Origin: Escherichia coli
GTDB taxonomy: Bacteria; Pseudomonadota; Gammaproteobacteria; Enterobacterales; Enterobacteriaceae
DNA length: 64,000 nucleotides
Reading direction: 5' to 3' (one strand)
Assembly (NCBI RefSeq): GCF_050920415.1
Contig: NZ_CP169309.1
Each line of letters begins with the position of its first letter. Within the stretch, counting starts at the first letter, position 1. Of the stretch, positions 12,055 through 26,816 are shown piece by piece. The notes beneath the pieces were generated by a model. That model saw only the letters and a program-made list of their open reading frames with translations, made no database searches and had not been told where the DNA came from. A program made the translations under genes and the position numbers.

Positions 12055-12939
12055 TTACTTTGCAATGAGATCGGGGTCAACTTCGCTTAACCGGCTTCGT
12101 TTTGACAGGTTGCCGGTCTTTCTTTTTTTCACTTTCGCCAGTTCTTCCGCAGAGTAATGCGACGTGACATCCAGCCGTCGAAGCCCCATTTTGATGTACT
12201 CGCTGTTGATCTCAATACCAATGAATTTTCGCCCGCTGGCGGCGGCTACGGCACCGGTAGTAAAGCTACCGGCAAACGGGTCGAGAACGATATCGCCTGG
12301 GTTGGAAGAGGCGAGAATAATGCGTTTCAGTAAGGCTTCCGGTTTTTGCGTCGGGTGATTCTCATATTCATCCATCAAATAACGCACGCGCGGAAAATCC
12401 CAGACGTTACCCGGTACTTTTTGATGATTGTAAGGCTGTGGAGGATTTTTGCGATAATCGATCAACGCGCGCTGCGATCCGGTTTTGGCTTCTACCAGAA
12501 TAGCATCACCGTTGAACGTGTAGTTCTTTGCGTCTTTCACCATCATCAGGATGGGTTCGTACATGGAGCCGTAGTGTTTTTTCGCCTGCACTCCAGAACT
12601 GTCATATGACCAGACGATGCGACTTTTGATGGTAAAAAGCTTGCGGCACTGGAGATCGATAAAGGGCATGTTTTCCGTGCTGTTCATGATGTACATGCTG
12701 CCCTGCTTTTTCAGAACGCGGTGGCACTCTGCAATCACTTCAAACAGCCAGTCGATAAACAGATCTTCTTTCCAGGCTTCGATCAGACCATCAAAATTTT
12801 TACCGATGTTATACGGTGGGTCGGCAAAGATCAGATCTACACTTTCGGCGGGGATCTTTTTAAGTTCGGTTAATGCATCACCCTGGATGATGGTCTTTGC
12901 TTCATTACCAAATCGGGTCGGTTCACATCCTGTTCTCAT
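12055..12939 (-). CDS. yhdJ: DNA adenine (N6) methyltransferase
   Basis: Motif DPPYN (FADPPYNIG) typical of N6-adenine/N4-cytosine methyltransferases; length ~294 aa. Confidence 0.9.
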   Translation of the reverse strand: MRTGCEPTRFGNEAKTIIQGDALTELKKIPAESVDLIFADPPYNIGKNFDGLIEAWKEDLFIDWLFEVIAECHRVLKKQGSMYIMNSTENMPFIDLQCRKLFTIKSRIVWSYDSSGVQAKKHYGSMYEPILMMVKDAKNYTFNGDAILVEAKTGSQRALIDYRKNPPQPYNHQKVPGNVWDFPRVRYLMDEYENHPTQKPEALLKRIILASSNPGDIVLDPFAGSFTTGAVAAASGRKFIGIEINSEYIKMGLRRLDVTSHYSAEELAKVKKRKTGNLSKRSRLSEVDPDLIAK

Positions 12940-12963
12940 GGTCACTCCCTTTGTGACACCTAT

Positions 12964-13003
12964 AAAAAAGGCGCTTCCCCATGCCGAGTAGCGCCTTTTT
13001 AAT
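12964..13003 (-). terminator. rho-independent terminator downstream of fis
   Basis: On the minus strand a GGCGCT...AGCGCC hairpin is followed by a T-run. Confidence 0.65.
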
Positions 13004-13024
13004 CAAGCATTTAGCTAACCTGAA

Positions 13025-13321
13025 TTAGTTCATGCCGTATTTTTTCAATTTTTTACGCAGCGTACCACGGTTGATGCCCATCATCAGCGCAGCACGGGTC
13101 TGATTACCACGGGTGTATTGCATCACCATGTCCAACAGGGGCTGTTCTACTTCAGCCAGTACCAGCTCATAGAGGTCATTCACATCCTGACCGTTCAGTT
13201 GAGCAAAATAGTTCTTCAGTGCCTGTTTAACCGAGTCACGCAGGGGTTTTTGGGTTACCTGATCCTGAGAGTTAACGGTAGAAACGGTCAGTACGTCAGA
13301 ATTTACGCGTTGTTCGAACAT
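13025..13321 (-). CDS. fis: nucleoid-associated protein Fis
   Basis: 98 aa, [98 protein letters not shown]. Confidence 0.98.
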
Positions 13322-13346
13322 AGTTCTGTCAGCTCTTTATTTCTGT

Positions 13347-14312
13347 TTACGCAAAATTTTCGAAGTATGCCTCCAACGCCTCCAGCTGTTCGCTGGCATC
13401 CTCAATGGCGTTGAATGTGCGCCGAAACTGGTCATTTGGAGCGTGTTCCTGGAGATACCAGGAAACGTGTTTACGTGCAATTCGGTACCCTTTTGCCGGA
13501 CCATAAAAGTCATGCAGTTCCCGAACGTGCGCGCAAAGCAAGCGCTTAACCTCTGCCAAAGGCAGCGGGGGCAGCAACTCCCCAGTGTCCAGATAATGCT
13601 GGATTTCCCGAAAGATCCAGGGTCTTCCCTGAGCTGCGCGGCCTATCATCAGGGCATCCGCCCCTGTATAGTCGAGCACAGCTCTGGCTTTAAGCGGGTC
13701 AGTAATGTCGCCATTCGCGATAACCGGAATGGAAACTTTCTGCTTAACTGCCCGAATACTGTCGTACTCAGCTTCTCCATTGAACAAACAGGCGCGTGTA
13801 CGGCCATGAATGGTCAGAGCCTGAATGCCACAGTCTTCAGCCAGTTGGGCAATCTCTTCGCAGTTACGGTGTTCCGGCGCCCAGCCGGTGCGAATCTTCA
13901 GGGTAACAGGAACGTCCACTGCATTGACGACCTCGGTAAGGATCGATTTAACGACATCCGGGTACTGCAAGAGGGCTGAACCTGCGAGCTTGCGATTCAC
14001 TTTTTTAGCCGGGCAACCCATATTGATATCAATAATCTGGGCACCGCTTTCCACGTTAATACGTGCTGCATCTGCCATTTCTTTCGGATCGCTACCAGCA
14101 ATTTGCACGGTGCGAATACCGGGTTCATCAATGTGCACCATCCGTAAACGAGATTTGTCGCTTTCCCAAACCTGTGGGTTAGAAGACATCATCTCGGATA
14201 CTGTCAATCCGGCTCCCATCTCGTAGCACAACGTCCGAAAAGGTCTGTCTGTAATGCCAGCCATGGGCGCTGCGATCAGGCGATTTCTGAGCTGATATTG
14301 TCCGATGCGCAT
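13347..14312 (-). CDS. dusB: tRNA-dihydrouridine synthase B
   Basis: 321 aa, [26 protein letters not shown]... Dus family; immediately upstream of fis. Confidence 0.95.
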   Translation of the reverse strand: MRIGQYQLRNRLIAAPMAGITDRPFRTLCYEMGAGLTVSEMMSSNPQVWESDKSRLRMVHIDEPGIRTVQIAGSDPKEMADAARINVESGAQIIDINMGCPAKKVNRKLAGSALLQYPDVVKSILTEVVNAVDVPVTLKIRTGWAPEHRNCEEIAQLAEDCGIQALTIHGRTRACLFNGEAEYDSIRAVKQKVSIPVIANGDITDPLKARAVLDYTGADALMIGRAAQGRPWIFREIQHYLDTGELLPPLPLAEVKRLLCAHVRELHDFYGPAKGYRIARKHVSWYLQEHAPNDQFRRTFNAIEDASEQLEALEAYFENFA

Positions 14313-14640
14313 GAGTTAAGAAATGACCATACTGTGACTGCAAGGCGGCGTATATTACGCATTTTTTGCACGAGATGAAAGGCCAAACTTTGACCAATCC
14401 TCTGAGATGGATCAAAGAATTGCATTTAAAATGAGCTTGGCGCGATAATTACTCATAAAAATCATTATATTAGAAAATAGTGACTAAAATTTACACTCCA
14501 AGAAATTTGAGTAAGTTCTCAATTTTTCTTTATGAATGAAAATTTTGGCACGCAAATTTGCGTAAATAATCGGCAAATTAACGTGCCTTTTGTGACCTTG
14601 CTCGCACTTCGCCTTGCGTCACCATACGGCGATGCGAAAG
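14313..14640 (-). promoter_or_regulatory. dusB-fis promoter/leader region (AT-rich)
   Basis: AT-rich region upstream of dusB; individual -10/-35 and Fis sites were not resolved by eye. Confidence 0.4.
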
Positions 14641-15522
14641 TTAATTCTTACGACCGGTAATGCGGCACCACTCTTCTTTTTCCACGACCGGGTCCAGAGC
14701 GAAGCTGTCGGCATAAGCTTCACAAACGCTCTCTGCCTGGCTTGCCAGAATACCGGAAAGGCCCAGCAAGCCACCTGAAACCGGCAGGACGCTGATTAAC
14801 GGTGCCAGTTCACGTAATGGGCCTGCAAGGATGTTAGCGACCACCACGTCGGCTTTCATTTCTTCTGGCTGATCTTTAGGTAGGTAGAGTTCCAGACGGT
14901 CAGAAACGCCATTACGTTCGGCGTTGTCGCGGCTGGCCTGAATCGCCTGCGGATCAATATCAATACCAATGGCTTTTGCTGCACCCAGTTTCAGCGCCGC
15001 GATAGCCAGAATGCCGGAACCGCAGCCAAAGTCGATGACTGTTTTACCGGTTAAATCGAGGCTGTCGAGCCATTGCAGGCACAGAGAGGTAGTTGGATGA
15101 GTCCCTGTACCAAACGCCAGACCTGGGTCTAACATTACGTTGACGGCGTTTTCGTCCGGCACATCACGCCAGCTTGGGCAGATCCACAGTCGTTCACCAA
15201 AGCGCATCGGGTGGAAATTATCCATCCATTCGCGCTCCCAGTCTTTATCTTCCAGTTGTTCGATTTTGTGCGCGAAGCCTGCGCCGAGCAGCGGATGATT
15301 CTCCAGAATCGCCACTACTTCATTCATGTCGGTTTCAGCATCGAACAGACCAATCACATCGGTGTCGCCCCACAGGCGCGTTTCGCCCGGCAGCGGCTCA
15401 AATACAGGCGTATCGTGGGTATCCTGAAAAGTGATAGAAACGGCACCCGCTTCCATCAGCGCATCGCTAAGATCTTCCGCGTTCGCGCCGGTAGTGTTCA
15501 GTTTCAGTTGGATCCAAGGCAT
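14641..15522 (-). CDS. prmA: ribosomal protein L11 methyltransferase
   Basis: 293 aa, [27 protein letters not shown]...; SAM-binding motif [10 protein letters not shown]. Confidence 0.95.
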   Translation of the reverse strand: MPWIQLKLNTTGANAEDLSDALMEAGAVSITFQDTHDTPVFEPLPGETRLWGDTDVIGLFDAETDMNEVVAILENHPLLGAGFAHKIEQLEDKDWEREWMDNFHPMRFGERLWICPSWRDVPDENAVNVMLDPGLAFGTGTHPTTSLCLQWLDSLDLTGKTVIDFGCGSGILAIAALKLGAAKAIGIDIDPQAIQASRDNAERNGVSDRLELYLPKDQPEEMKADVVVANILAGPLRELAPLISVLPVSGGLLGLSGILASQAESVCEAYADSFALDPVVEKEEWCRITGRKN

Positions 15523-15533
15523 GGCAAAACTCT

Positions 15534-16985
15534 TTATTTATCAGTAGTCAAAACGGTAGCTTGCGGGACGGATGTACCGAAACGGTTTCCGACCAGGAAA
15601 GCCAGCAAACTTAGTAGTAACGAGGGCACGATAGGGTGGAAGCCCAGGTACTGAATATTCAGCGTCGCGAGTACGGCATACAGTACGCCGCCAACGATCA
15701 TCGCACTTAGCGCGCCTTTGGCGTTGGCGCGTTCCCAGTAAAGACCCAGCACCAGCGGCCACAGGAAAACGGCTTCCAGCCCACCGAAGGCCAGCAAATT
15801 CAGCCAGATGATCATTTCTGGCGGCTTCCAGGCGGCAAGCAGCAGCAACGCACCGAGAACCAACGTGATCACCGCCGACATCCGCTTCAGACGCGTCTCG
15901 TTTTGCATTTGATCCGGACGGATATTCAGATAGAGATCTTTAATGATCGTAGCGGAACTTTGCAGCAACTGGGCATTGATCGTCGACATGATCGCAGCCA
16001 TAGGTGCAGCCAGGAAGATCCCGGCAGCAAACGGTGGCAGCACTTTTACCATCAACGTCGGGATCACCAGGTCCGGTACGGTGAGATCGGGGATCACCGC
16101 CCGACCTAACGCTCCGGCCAGGTGCATACCGAACATCAGGATTGCGACCACAATCGTACCGATGATGATCCCCCGATGTACGGCTTTGCTGTCTTTATAA
16201 GAGATACAGCGCACCGCAGTATGCGGCAGGCCAATAACGCCAAAGCACACCAGCACCCAGAACGACGTCATAAAGGCAGGCGACAGAATATCGTCAGCGC
16301 CTTGTGGCGTAACCAGTTGCGGATCGATGGTTTGCAGCGTCTCTACTGCATTGCCTAAGCCGCCAGCAGCATGGACCACGCCAATAAGCAGCACAATGGT
16401 GCCAATCAGCATCACCAGCCCTTGCATGGTGTCGTTCAGCACGCTGGCGCGAAAGCCGCCAAAGGCGGTATACAACGCAATGCTGATACCGAAAATCAGC
16501 AGGCCGGTTTCATAAGGAATACCCGCCGCGGTTTCCAGCAGGCGCGCACCGCCGATAAACTGCACGGTCATCGCACCAACGAACGCAACCAGCAAACTCA
16601 AACTCGCCAGCCATACCAGAAGACGACTCTGGTAGCGGGCAAACAGCATATCGTTCAGCGTCACCGCATTGTAGCGGCGCGCGAGAATCGCGAACTTCTT
16701 GCCGAGAATACCGAGCGAAAGCCAGACCGCAGGTAGCTGAATCATCGCCAGCAATACCCAACCCAGGCCGTATTTATAAGCAGCTCCTGGCCCGCCGATA
16801 AACGAACTGGCACTGATATAGGTCGCGGTGAGCGTCATCGCCAGCACAATACCGCCCATAGAACGGCTGCCGAGGAAATACTCATTAAGGAAGGTGCCGG
16901 TGTTCCGTTTACGCATCGCATAAACTGAAATCCCGAACACCACCACCAGATAGGCGACCAGCGGTAGAATCACTTCAAGCTGCAT
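15534..16985 (-). CDS. panF: sodium/pantothenate symporter
   Basis: ~483-aa polytopic SSS-family transporter, [26 protein letters not shown]; track ORF begins 2 codons upstream. Confidence 0.93.
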   Translation of the reverse strand: MQLEVILPLVAYLVVVFGISVYAMRKRNTGTFLNEYFLGSRSMGGIVLAMTLTATYISASSFIGGPGAAYKYGLGWVLLAMIQLPAVWLSLGILGKKFAILARRYNAVTLNDMLFARYQSRLLVWLASLSLLVAFVGAMTVQFIGGARLLETAAGIPYETGLLIFGISIALYTAFGGFRASVLNDTMQGLVMLIGTIVLLIGVVHAAGGLGNAVETLQTIDPQLVTPQGADDILSPAFMTSFWVLVCFGVIGLPHTAVRCISYKDSKAVHRGIIIGTIVVAILMFGMHLAGALGRAVIPDLTVPDLVIPTLMVKVLPPFAAGIFLAAPMAAIMSTINAQLLQSSATIIKDLYLNIRPDQMQNETRLKRMSAVITLVLGALLLLAAWKPPEMIIWLNLLAFGGLEAVFLWPLVLGLYWERANAKGALSAMIVGGVLYAVLATLNIQYLGFHPIVPSLLLSLLAFLVGNRFGTSVPQATVLTTDK

Positions 16986-17217
16986 CGTCATCCTCCAGTG
17001 GGATATCGCGATAGATAAATTTCACCATCGCCCAGCACAGTCCAATAAACAGCAGCGGCGTCAGGATGCAGGCCATCTCAAACCAGCGTGGAAAGCCGGT
17101 AAAACCGGGGGTAACGCCAGGTAAGTAAGCGGCTACTAACCATACCGCCAGATACAAAAGGGTCAGCCCCAGCGCCCAGCGCGCCTCTTTATGGGCCTGA
17201 ACAAAACGAGTGTCCAT
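16975..17217 (-). CDS. yhdT: small membrane protein (DUF997) co-transcribed with panF
   Basis: 80-aa hydrophobic ORF overlapping the panF start by 11 nt. Confidence 0.8.
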   Translation of the reverse strand: MDTRFVQAHKEARWALGLTLLYLAVWLVAAYLPGVTPGFTGFPRWFEMACILTPLLFIGLCWAMVKFIYRDIPLEDDDAA

Positions 17218-17283
17218 TTTTTGTCCCTGATGGGTGAAGAAAGCGGGGATTGTACCTTATGGGGGTTGTCGATCCCCAGTAAT

Positions 17284-17312
17284 AAAAAAGGCCGGAAAAT
17301 CCGGCCTTTTGA
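17284..17312 (-). terminator. rho-independent terminator downstream of accC
   Basis: GGCCGGAAAATCCGGCC hairpin followed by a T-run when read on the minus strand. Confidence 0.7.
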
Positions 17313-17325
17313 CGCTTTTGCAGTC

Positions 17326-18675
17326 TTATTTTTCCTGAAGACCGAGTTTTTTCTCCAGATAGTGGATGTTAGTGCCACCATGCTGGAAGTTCTCGTCATT
17401 CATGATGCGAATCTGCAGATCAACGTTGGTTTTGATACCATCGATGATCAGCTCCTGCAGCGCATTCTTCATGCGGGCAATCGCCACGTCACGGTTTTCA
17501 CCGTAGCAAATCAGCTTACCGATCATTGAGTCATAGTACGGCGGTACGGTGTAGCCCGCGTAGATATGAGACTCCCAACGCACGCCAAAACCGCCAGGTG
17601 CATGGAAACGGGTGATTTTGCCCGGACTTGGCAGGAAGGTGTTCGGATCTTCGGCGTTAATACGGCATTCCACCGCATGGCCGCGAACGTGAACTTCTTC
17701 TTGCTTGATCGACAGTGGCTGACCAGCAGCAATACGCAGTTGTTCTTTGATCAGGTCAACACCGGTGATCATTTCAGTAACCGGGTGTTCTACCTGAATA
17801 CGGGTGTTCATTTCGATGAAATAGAACTCGCCGTTTTCGAACAGAAACTCGAAAGTACCTGCACCGCGATAGCCGATATCAACACACGCTTTAGCACAAC
17901 GTTCACCGATGTAGCGACGCAGTTCCGGGGTAATGCCCGGTGCTGGCGCTTCTTCGACCACTTTCTGGTGACGACGCTGCATAGAGCAGTCACGTTCCGC
18001 CAGATAGATAGCGTTGCCCTGACCGTCCGCCAGTACTTGGATCTCGACGTGGCGAGGATTTTCCAGGTATTTCTCCATGTAAACCATGTCGTTATTGAAA
18101 GCGGCTTTCGCTTCCGCACGGGTCATGGAGATGGATTGCGCCAGTTCAGCGTCGCCGCGTACTACACGCATACCACGACCGCCGCCGCCGCCGGAGGCTT
18201 TGATAATCACCGGGTAACCAATGCGTTTTGCAATGGCGCGGTTTTTATCCATATCGTCGCCCAGCGGGCCGTCAGAACCCGGTACGCAAGGAACGCCCGC
18301 TTTTTTCATCGCGGCGATTGCGGATACTTTGTCACCCATCAGGCGAATGGTGTCTGCTTTCGGGCCGATGAAGATAAAGCCGGAGCGTTCAACCTGCTCG
18401 GCAAAATTGGCGTTCTCGGAGAGGAAGCCGTAACCCGGATGGATTGCTACTGCGCCGGTGATTTCAGCGGCGCTGATGATTGCCGGGATGTTCAGATAAC
18501 TTTTTACTGACGGAGCAGGACCGATACAGACCGTTTCGTCTGCCAGTAATACGTGTTTTAGATCGCGATCCGCACTGGAGTGCACAGCGACAGTCTTGAT
18601 GCCCAGTTCTTTACAGGCACGAAGAATACGCAATGCAATCTCGCCGCGGTTGGCAATAACAATTTTATCCAGCAT
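17326..18675 (-). CDS. accC: biotin carboxylase subunit of acetyl-CoA carboxylase
   Basis: 449 aa from [33 protein letters not shown]; track ORF is extended 13 codons upstream. Confidence 0.97.
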   Translation of the reverse strand: MLDKIVIANRGEIALRILRACKELGIKTVAVHSSADRDLKHVLLADETVCIGPAPSVKSYLNIPAIISAAEITGAVAIHPGYGFLSENANFAEQVERSGFIFIGPKADTIRLMGDKVSAIAAMKKAGVPCVPGSDGPLGDDMDKNRAIAKRIGYPVIIKASGGGGGRGMRVVRGDAELAQSISMTRAEAKAAFNNDMVYMEKYLENPRHVEIQVLADGQGNAIYLAERDCSMQRRHQKVVEEAPAPGITPELRRYIGERCAKACVDIGYRGAGTFEFLFENGEFYFIEMNTRIQVEHPVTEMITGVDLIKEQLRIAAGQPLSIKQEEVHVRGHAVECRINAEDPNTFLPSPGKITRFHAPGGFGVRWESHIYAGYTVPPYYDSMIGKLICYGENRDVAIARMKNALQELIIDGIKTNVDLQIRIMNDENFQHGGTNIHYLEKKLGLQEK

Positions 18676-18685
18676 GTTCGCCTCG

Positions 18686-19156
18686 TTACTCGATGACGAC
18701 CAGCGGCTCGTCAAATTCTACCGGTTGTCCACTTTCGACCAGAATTGCTTTCACGGTACCGGATTTGTCCGCTTCGATCTGGTTCATCATTTTCATGGCT
18801 TCAACGATGCACAGGGTATCGCCCACGTTGACTTTCTGACCCACTTCGATGAACGCTTTTGCGTCCGGGCTTGGGGTGCGGTAGAAAGTACCAACCATCG
18901 GGGAACGTACGATGTGACCACTGATTTCCGCTGCTGCTGGCGCTTCCATGGAAGGAACGGTCGCCGGAGCGGCTGCGTTAGATTGAGCTGGCTGCTGCAT
19001 CATTGGTGCAGCGTAAGCTTGTTGCATCACAGGGAAACTTGCGGCAGGAGCTGCACGGCTGATGCGTACTGACTCTTCGCCTTCTGAGATTTCCAGTTCG
19101 GAGATGCCTGATTCTTCAACCAGCTCGATCAGTTTTTTAATCTTACGAATATCCAT
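18686..19156 (-). CDS. accB: biotin carboxyl carrier protein (BCCP)
   Basis: 156 aa with biotinylation motif [10 protein letters not shown] and Ala/Pro-rich linker. Confidence 0.97.
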
Positions 19157-20133
19157 GAGTGGGTTCCGTACTCTTTGTTTAGTGTGATTGTGACAGGCGT
19201 TTCACCGCCGTCTGTAAAGCGTATGCCCCGACAGCTGTATGCATAGCGATAAATTCCAGCAGGCCGGGACGCCGGTCTATTTTGCCCCAGAGTGTCAATG
19301 TTAGACTTGACGGACATTGTGCAGCGATCTGCTGCTATCCTCCGGCAAAAAACAAAATATACCTTCGTTGCGCCAATGTCACCTTTTCCGCAGCGCAAAA
19401 ACTGCGTCAGGGAGGACGAGGTCGCACATTATAACGATTTCGTAGCAATTGGCAGCTAAATACTGGTCTTATCAGGGAAGATAATCAACAGCTAACATGT
19501 AAATAACCTTCAACACCGTGTAATTTGCAACAAGCCGCACAATTCACGAAATTAGCGCTATCGTCGACGGAACTTCTTATAACGTAAGGCTAAAAGCTGT
19601 AAAGCCAGCTCTGCGAAGATGAGGGGCTGCAATGAGATGATCCTCACAGACCACAAATAATGTAGGGATGTCAGGATCGCGGCAAGATAGACGACATTAC
19701 GCAGCGGTTGCTGGTGATTACTCAATTTTCACGGCATCGTCTGGATAAACGTGAATGCTAAAGCACGCAAAATCAACAAACTGACAATGCTCAGCATCAA
19801 ATACGTTCGAGTGGTTAATTTGTAGGCAAATAAAATCAGATTATTCACCCCATGGTACCAGAAATCAGTAACAGGTTAAGCGTAGCGTCGCCCAGGCAAA
19901 GCACCATAAACCTAACAGGCGACGGAGGCGTATCAATAATGGCTGTTTAGTGGAGTAACAGTGCGCATCAATTTATGGTCAGTCGAAATCATGACTTTCC
20001 AGTTTGGATGATGTTGTACAACTTCATGACCAAGATGTTCGACGAAAGCTGTCCGGCTAACCGCTTTTCCCGTTAACCGATTGAATAATGATTTCAAAAT
20101 GAGTTCCCTCTCTTATTAATCCTTGCTAAATGG

Positions 20134-21108
20134 TTAGTTAATCTTCACCAGCGTGCGACCCTGGATCTGGTTATTAATGATGGCTTCGGCAAATTTTGGT
20201 GCTTCTGCCAGAGATATCTCTTTTGCTGCCTGGGTATAGAATGATTCCGGTAAATCGGCGACCAGTCGCTGCCAGGCTTGTGCGCGGCGTGCTGGTGGCG
20301 TCATCACTGAATCCACCCCCTGTAAACGGACATTACGCAGAATAAATGGCATGACCGTGGTTGGCAGAGTAAAACCACCCGCCAGACCACAGGCCGCCAC
20401 GCAGCCGCCGTAATTCATTTGCGCCAGCACTTTCGCCAGCACTTTGTCGCCAACGGTGTCAATTGCCCCAGCCCAGAGTTGTTTTTCCAGAGGACGGGAT
20501 TCGGCAAACTCATCGCGAGGGAGAATACGGCTGGCACCTAAACTTTTCAGATATTCATGGGTACTTTCGCGACCGGAAACGGCAACGACCTGATAACCCA
20601 ACTTATGCAGCAGCGCCACGGCGGTACTGCCGACGCCACCACTGGCACCCGTTACGACAATCTCGCCGTCCTGCGGGCGAACACCGGCATCTTCCAGCGC
20701 CATCACACACAGCATGGCGGTAAAACCGGCAGTACCGATAATCATTGCTTTACGCGCGTCCAGCCCTTGCGGCATGGCAACCAGCCAGTCACCTTTCACT
20801 CGCGCCTGCTCCGCCAGCCCACCCCAGTGGTTTTCACCAACGCCCCAGCCAGTGAGTAATACGTCCTGACCGGCATGAAAACGCGGATCTTCGCTGGTGC
20901 GTACAGTTCCGGCAAAATCGATCCCAGGAATCATCGGAAAATTACGGATGATTTTTCCCTTACCGGTAATTGCCAGCGCATCTTTGTAGTTCAGGCTCGA
21001 CCAGTGAACATCAACCGTGACATCGCCCTCCGGCAGGCGACTTTCGTCCAGAGTCTGTACCGATGCGAGAGTTTTGCCGTCCTGCTGTTCTAAAAGTAAC
21101 GCCTGCAT
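20134..21108 (-). CDS. acuI: NADPH-dependent acrylyl-CoA reductase (MDR family, YhdH)
   Basis: 324 aa zinc-independent quinone-oxidoreductase-like protein, MQALLLEQQDGKTLASVQTLDESRLPEGDVTVD... Confidence 0.9.
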   Translation of the reverse strand: MQALLLEQQDGKTLASVQTLDESRLPEGDVTVDVHWSSLNYKDALAITGKGKIIRNFPMIPGIDFAGTVRTSEDPRFHAGQDVLLTGWGVGENHWGGLAEQARVKGDWLVAMPQGLDARKAMIIGTAGFTAMLCVMALEDAGVRPQDGEIVVTGASGGVGSTAVALLHKLGYQVVAVSGRESTHEYLKSLGASRILPRDEFAESRPLEKQLWAGAIDTVGDKVLAKVLAQMNYGGCVAACGLAGGFTLPTTVMPFILRNVRLQGVDSVMTPPARRAQAWQRLVADLPESFYTQAAKEISLAEAPKFAEAIINNQIQGRTLVKIN

Positions 21109-21259
21109 AAGTGGTCCTCATGTGCATGATGGATTGGAAAATAATTTCTGAAGACTATACTCGCTAATGGAAAAGCAAAGCCGATGAAGCGCAATAAATT
21201 GCGAGATAAATCTGATTTGCTAGTATGCCCGCTTCCTCACTATCGGAGTTAACACAAGG

Positions 21260-23200
21260 ATGAGATTAACGACGAAATTTTCGGCCTTTGTTACGCTGCT
21301 CACCGGGTTAACAATTTTTGTGACTTTGTTGGGCTGTTCGCTAAGTTTCTACAACGCCATTCAGTATAAGTTTAGTCATCGCGTTCAGGCGGTGGCGACG
21401 GCGATTGATACCCACCTTGTGTCGAATGACTTCAGCGCATTAAGGCCACAAATTACCGAATTAATGATGTCAGCAGATATCGTTCGTGTAGACCTGCTGC
21501 ATGGTGATAAACAGGTTTATACCCTCGCCAGAAATGGTAGTTATCGTCCGGTTGGCACCAGCGATCTGTTTCGCGAACTGAGCGTTCCGTTGATAAAGCA
21601 TCCGGGGATGTCGCTGCGTCTGGTTTATCAGGATCCGATGGGCAACTATTTCCATTCGTTGATGACCACCGCGCCGCTCACGGGGGCGATTGGCTTTATC
21701 ATTCTTATGCTCTTCCTGGCGGTACGCTGGTTACAACGGCAACTTGCCGGGCAAGAATTGCTGGAAACCCGGGCTACTCGTATCTTAAACGGTGAGCGTG
21801 GCTCTAATGTGTTGGGAACCATCTATGAATGGCCGCCCAGAACCAGCAGTGCGCTGGATACGCTGCTTCGTGAAATTCAGAACGCACGCGAACAACACAG
21901 CCGTCTTGATACGCTGATCCGCTCTTATGCCGCCCAGGACATGAAAACCGGCCTCAATAACCGACTCTTCTTCGATAATCAGTTAGCAACGTTACTGGAA
22001 GATCAGGAGAAAGTAGGTACCCACGGGATCGTGATGATGATTCGTCTACCGGATTTCAATATGTTGAGCGATACCTGGGGGCACAGCCAGGTTGAAGAAC
22101 AGTTCTTCACTCTGACGAATCTGCTGTCGACATTTATGATGCGCTACCCTGGCGCACTGCTGGCGCGTTACCACCGCAGTGATTTTGCTGCGCTGTTGCC
22201 GCACCGGACGTTAAAAGAGGCTGAGAGCATAGCCAGTCAGTTAATCAAAGCCGTCGATACCTTGCCGAACAATAAAATGCTCGATCGCGACGATATGATC
22301 CACATTGGTATCTGTGCCTGGCGTAGTGGTCAGGATACCGAGCAGGTAATGGAACATGCAGAGTCTGCCACGCGTAATGCGGGATTGCAGGGCGGCAATA
22401 GCTGGGCTATTTACGATGACTCGTTGCCTGAAAAAGGACGCGGTAATGTTCGCTGGCGTACGCTTATCGAGCAAATGCTGAGTCGCGGCGGCCCGCGCCT
22501 TTATCAAAAACCTGCGGTTACTCGCGAAGGTCAGGTTCATCATCGCGAACTCATGTGCCGCATCTTCGATGGTAATGAAGAGGTTAGCTCGGCGGAGTAT
22601 ATGCCGATGGTCTTGCAGTTTGGCTTATCGGAAGAGTATGACCGCCTGCAAATCAGCCGTCTTATTCCACTATTGCGTTACTGGCCGGAGGAAAATCTGG
22701 CGATTCAGGTTACCGTTGAGTCGCTGATTCGCCCGCGTTTTCAGCGTTGGCTGCGCGATACGTTAATGCAATGTGAAAGATCGCAACGAAAACGCATAAT
22801 TATTGAACTTGCAGAGGCCGATGTAGGTCAACATATCAGTCGTTTACAACCTGTTATTCGTTTAGTGAATGCTTTAGGGGTGCGGGTAGCCGTCAACCAG
22901 GCTGGTTTGACGCTGGTAAGCACCAGTTGGATCAAAGAACTTAATGTTGAGTTACTCAAGCTCCATCCGGGGCTGGTCAGAAACATTGAGAAGCGAACGG
23001 AGAATCAGCTGCTGGTTCAAAGCCTGGTGGAAGCCTGCTCCGGGACCAGCACCCAGGTTTACGCCACCGGCGTGCGTTCGCGAAGCGAGTGGCAGACCCT
23101 GATTCAGCGCGGTGTTACAGGTGGGCAAGGGGATTTTTTCGCGTCCTCACAGCCACTTGATACTAACGTGAAAAAATATTCACAAAGATACTCGGTTTAA
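21260..23200 (+). CDS. csrD: CsrB/CsrC sRNA turnover factor with degenerate GGDEF-EAL domains
   Basis: 646 aa with N-terminal TM segments; upstream of mreB as in E. coli. Confidence 0.9.
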   Translation: MRLTTKFSAFVTLLTGLTIFVTLLGCSLSFYNAIQYKFSHRVQAVATAIDTHLVSNDFSALRPQITELMMSADIVRVDLLHGDKQVYTLARNGSYRPVGTSDLFRELSVPLIKHPGMSLRLVYQDPMGNYFHSLMTTAPLTGAIGFIILMLFLAVRWLQRQLAGQELLETRATRILNGERGSNVLGTIYEWPPRTSSALDTLLREIQNAREQHSRLDTLIRSYAAQDMKTGLNNRLFFDNQLATLLEDQEKVGTHGIVMMIRLPDFNMLSDTWGHSQVEEQFFTLTNLLSTFMMRYPGALLARYHRSDFAALLPHRTLKEAESIASQLIKAVDTLPNNKMLDRDDMIHIGICAWRSGQDTEQVMEHAESATRNAGLQGGNSWAIYDDSLPEKGRGNVRWRTLIEQMLSRGGPRLYQKPAVTREGQVHHRELMCRIFDGNEEVSSAEYMPMVLQFGLSEEYDRLQISRLIPLLRYWPEENLAIQVTVESLIRPRFQRWLRDTLMQCERSQRKRIIIELAEADVGQHISRLQPVIRLVNALGVRVAVNQAGLTLVSTSWIKELNVELLKLHPGLVRNIEKRTENQLLVQSLVEACSGTSTQVYATGVRSRSEWQTLIQRGVTGGQGDFFASSQPLDTNVKKYSQRYSV

Positions 23201-23378
23201 CCTGCCGTTTAATCCGTTTTCACGTAGAATAACGCGCGCTGCGTCTCATGGGAGTGTGCTTGTCTGCTCGCCAGATTGTTGCAGCACATATGCAGATGAA
23301 TGACCTTACGCGGTTGCAAACAGGCGAGGAATGCTGCTGATGCATTAAGCCTTTCTGGACTCAGGCAGAGATTTGTAA

Positions 23379-24548
<1,170 letters not shown>

Positions 24549-24613
24549 TCGGATACAGGCAGGGGAAGCGTCTGTTTACCCTGCCTGGTCTGATACGAGA
24601 ATACGCATAACTT

Positions 24614-26214
<1,601 letters not shown>

Positions 26215-26222
26215 AGGTTTCT

Positions 26223-26816
26223 ATGACTTCTCTGTATTTAGCTTCCGGTTCTCCGCGTCGTCAGGAGTTACTTGCGCAACTTGGCGTGACCTTTGAACGT
26301 ATTGTTACGGGCATTGAGGAGCAGCGTCAGCCGCAGGAGAGCGCGCAGCAATATGTTGTGCGTCTGGCGCGCGAGAAAGCACAGGCGGGTGTCACGCACA
26401 CGGCGCAGGATCTCCCGGTGCTGGGGGCGGATACTATCGTTATCCTGAATGGAGAAGTGCTGGAGAAACCGCGCGACGCAGAACATGCGGCGCAGATGTT
26501 GCGCAAATTATCGGGCCAGACCCATCAGGTGATGACGGCAGTGGCGTTGGCCGACAGTCAGCACATTCTCGATTGCCTGGTGGTCACCGATGTGACGTTC
26601 AGAACGTTAACAGACGAAGACATCGCGGGCTATGTCGCCAGCGGAGAACCGTTAGATAAAGCAGGTGCATACGGTATTCAGGGGTTGGGTGGCTGTTTTG
26701 TCAGGAAGATAAATGGCAGCTACCACGCCGTAGTCGGCTTACCGCTGGTTGAAACGTATGAATTATTAAGTAATTTTAACGCACTGCGTGAGAAAAGGGA
26801 TAAACATGACGGCTGA
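26223..26816 (+). CDS. yhdE: Maf-family nucleotide pyrophosphatase
   Basis: 197 aa, [22 protein letters not shown]... Maf signature. Confidence 0.93.
   Translation: MTSLYLASGSPRRQELLAQLGVTFERIVTGIEEQRQPQESAQQYVVRLAREKAQAGVTHTAQDLPVLGADTIVILNGEVLEKPRDAEHAAQMLRKLSGQTHQVMTAVALADSQHILDCLVVTDVTFRTLTDEDIAGYVASGEPLDKAGAYGIQGLGGCFVRKINGSYHAVVGLPLVETYELLSNFNALREKRDKHDG

Noticed and set aside
17566-18510. 314-aa plus-strand ORF inside accC, and similar long antisense ORFs (for example 26776..27744 opposite rng, 24851..25471 opposite mreC, 9949..10566 opposite acrE, 40077..40526 opposite mdh, 31724..32293 opposite yhdP)
   Set aside because: Each is fully embedded antisense to a well-recognised conserved gene and has odd composition; these are typical shadow ORFs, not genes.
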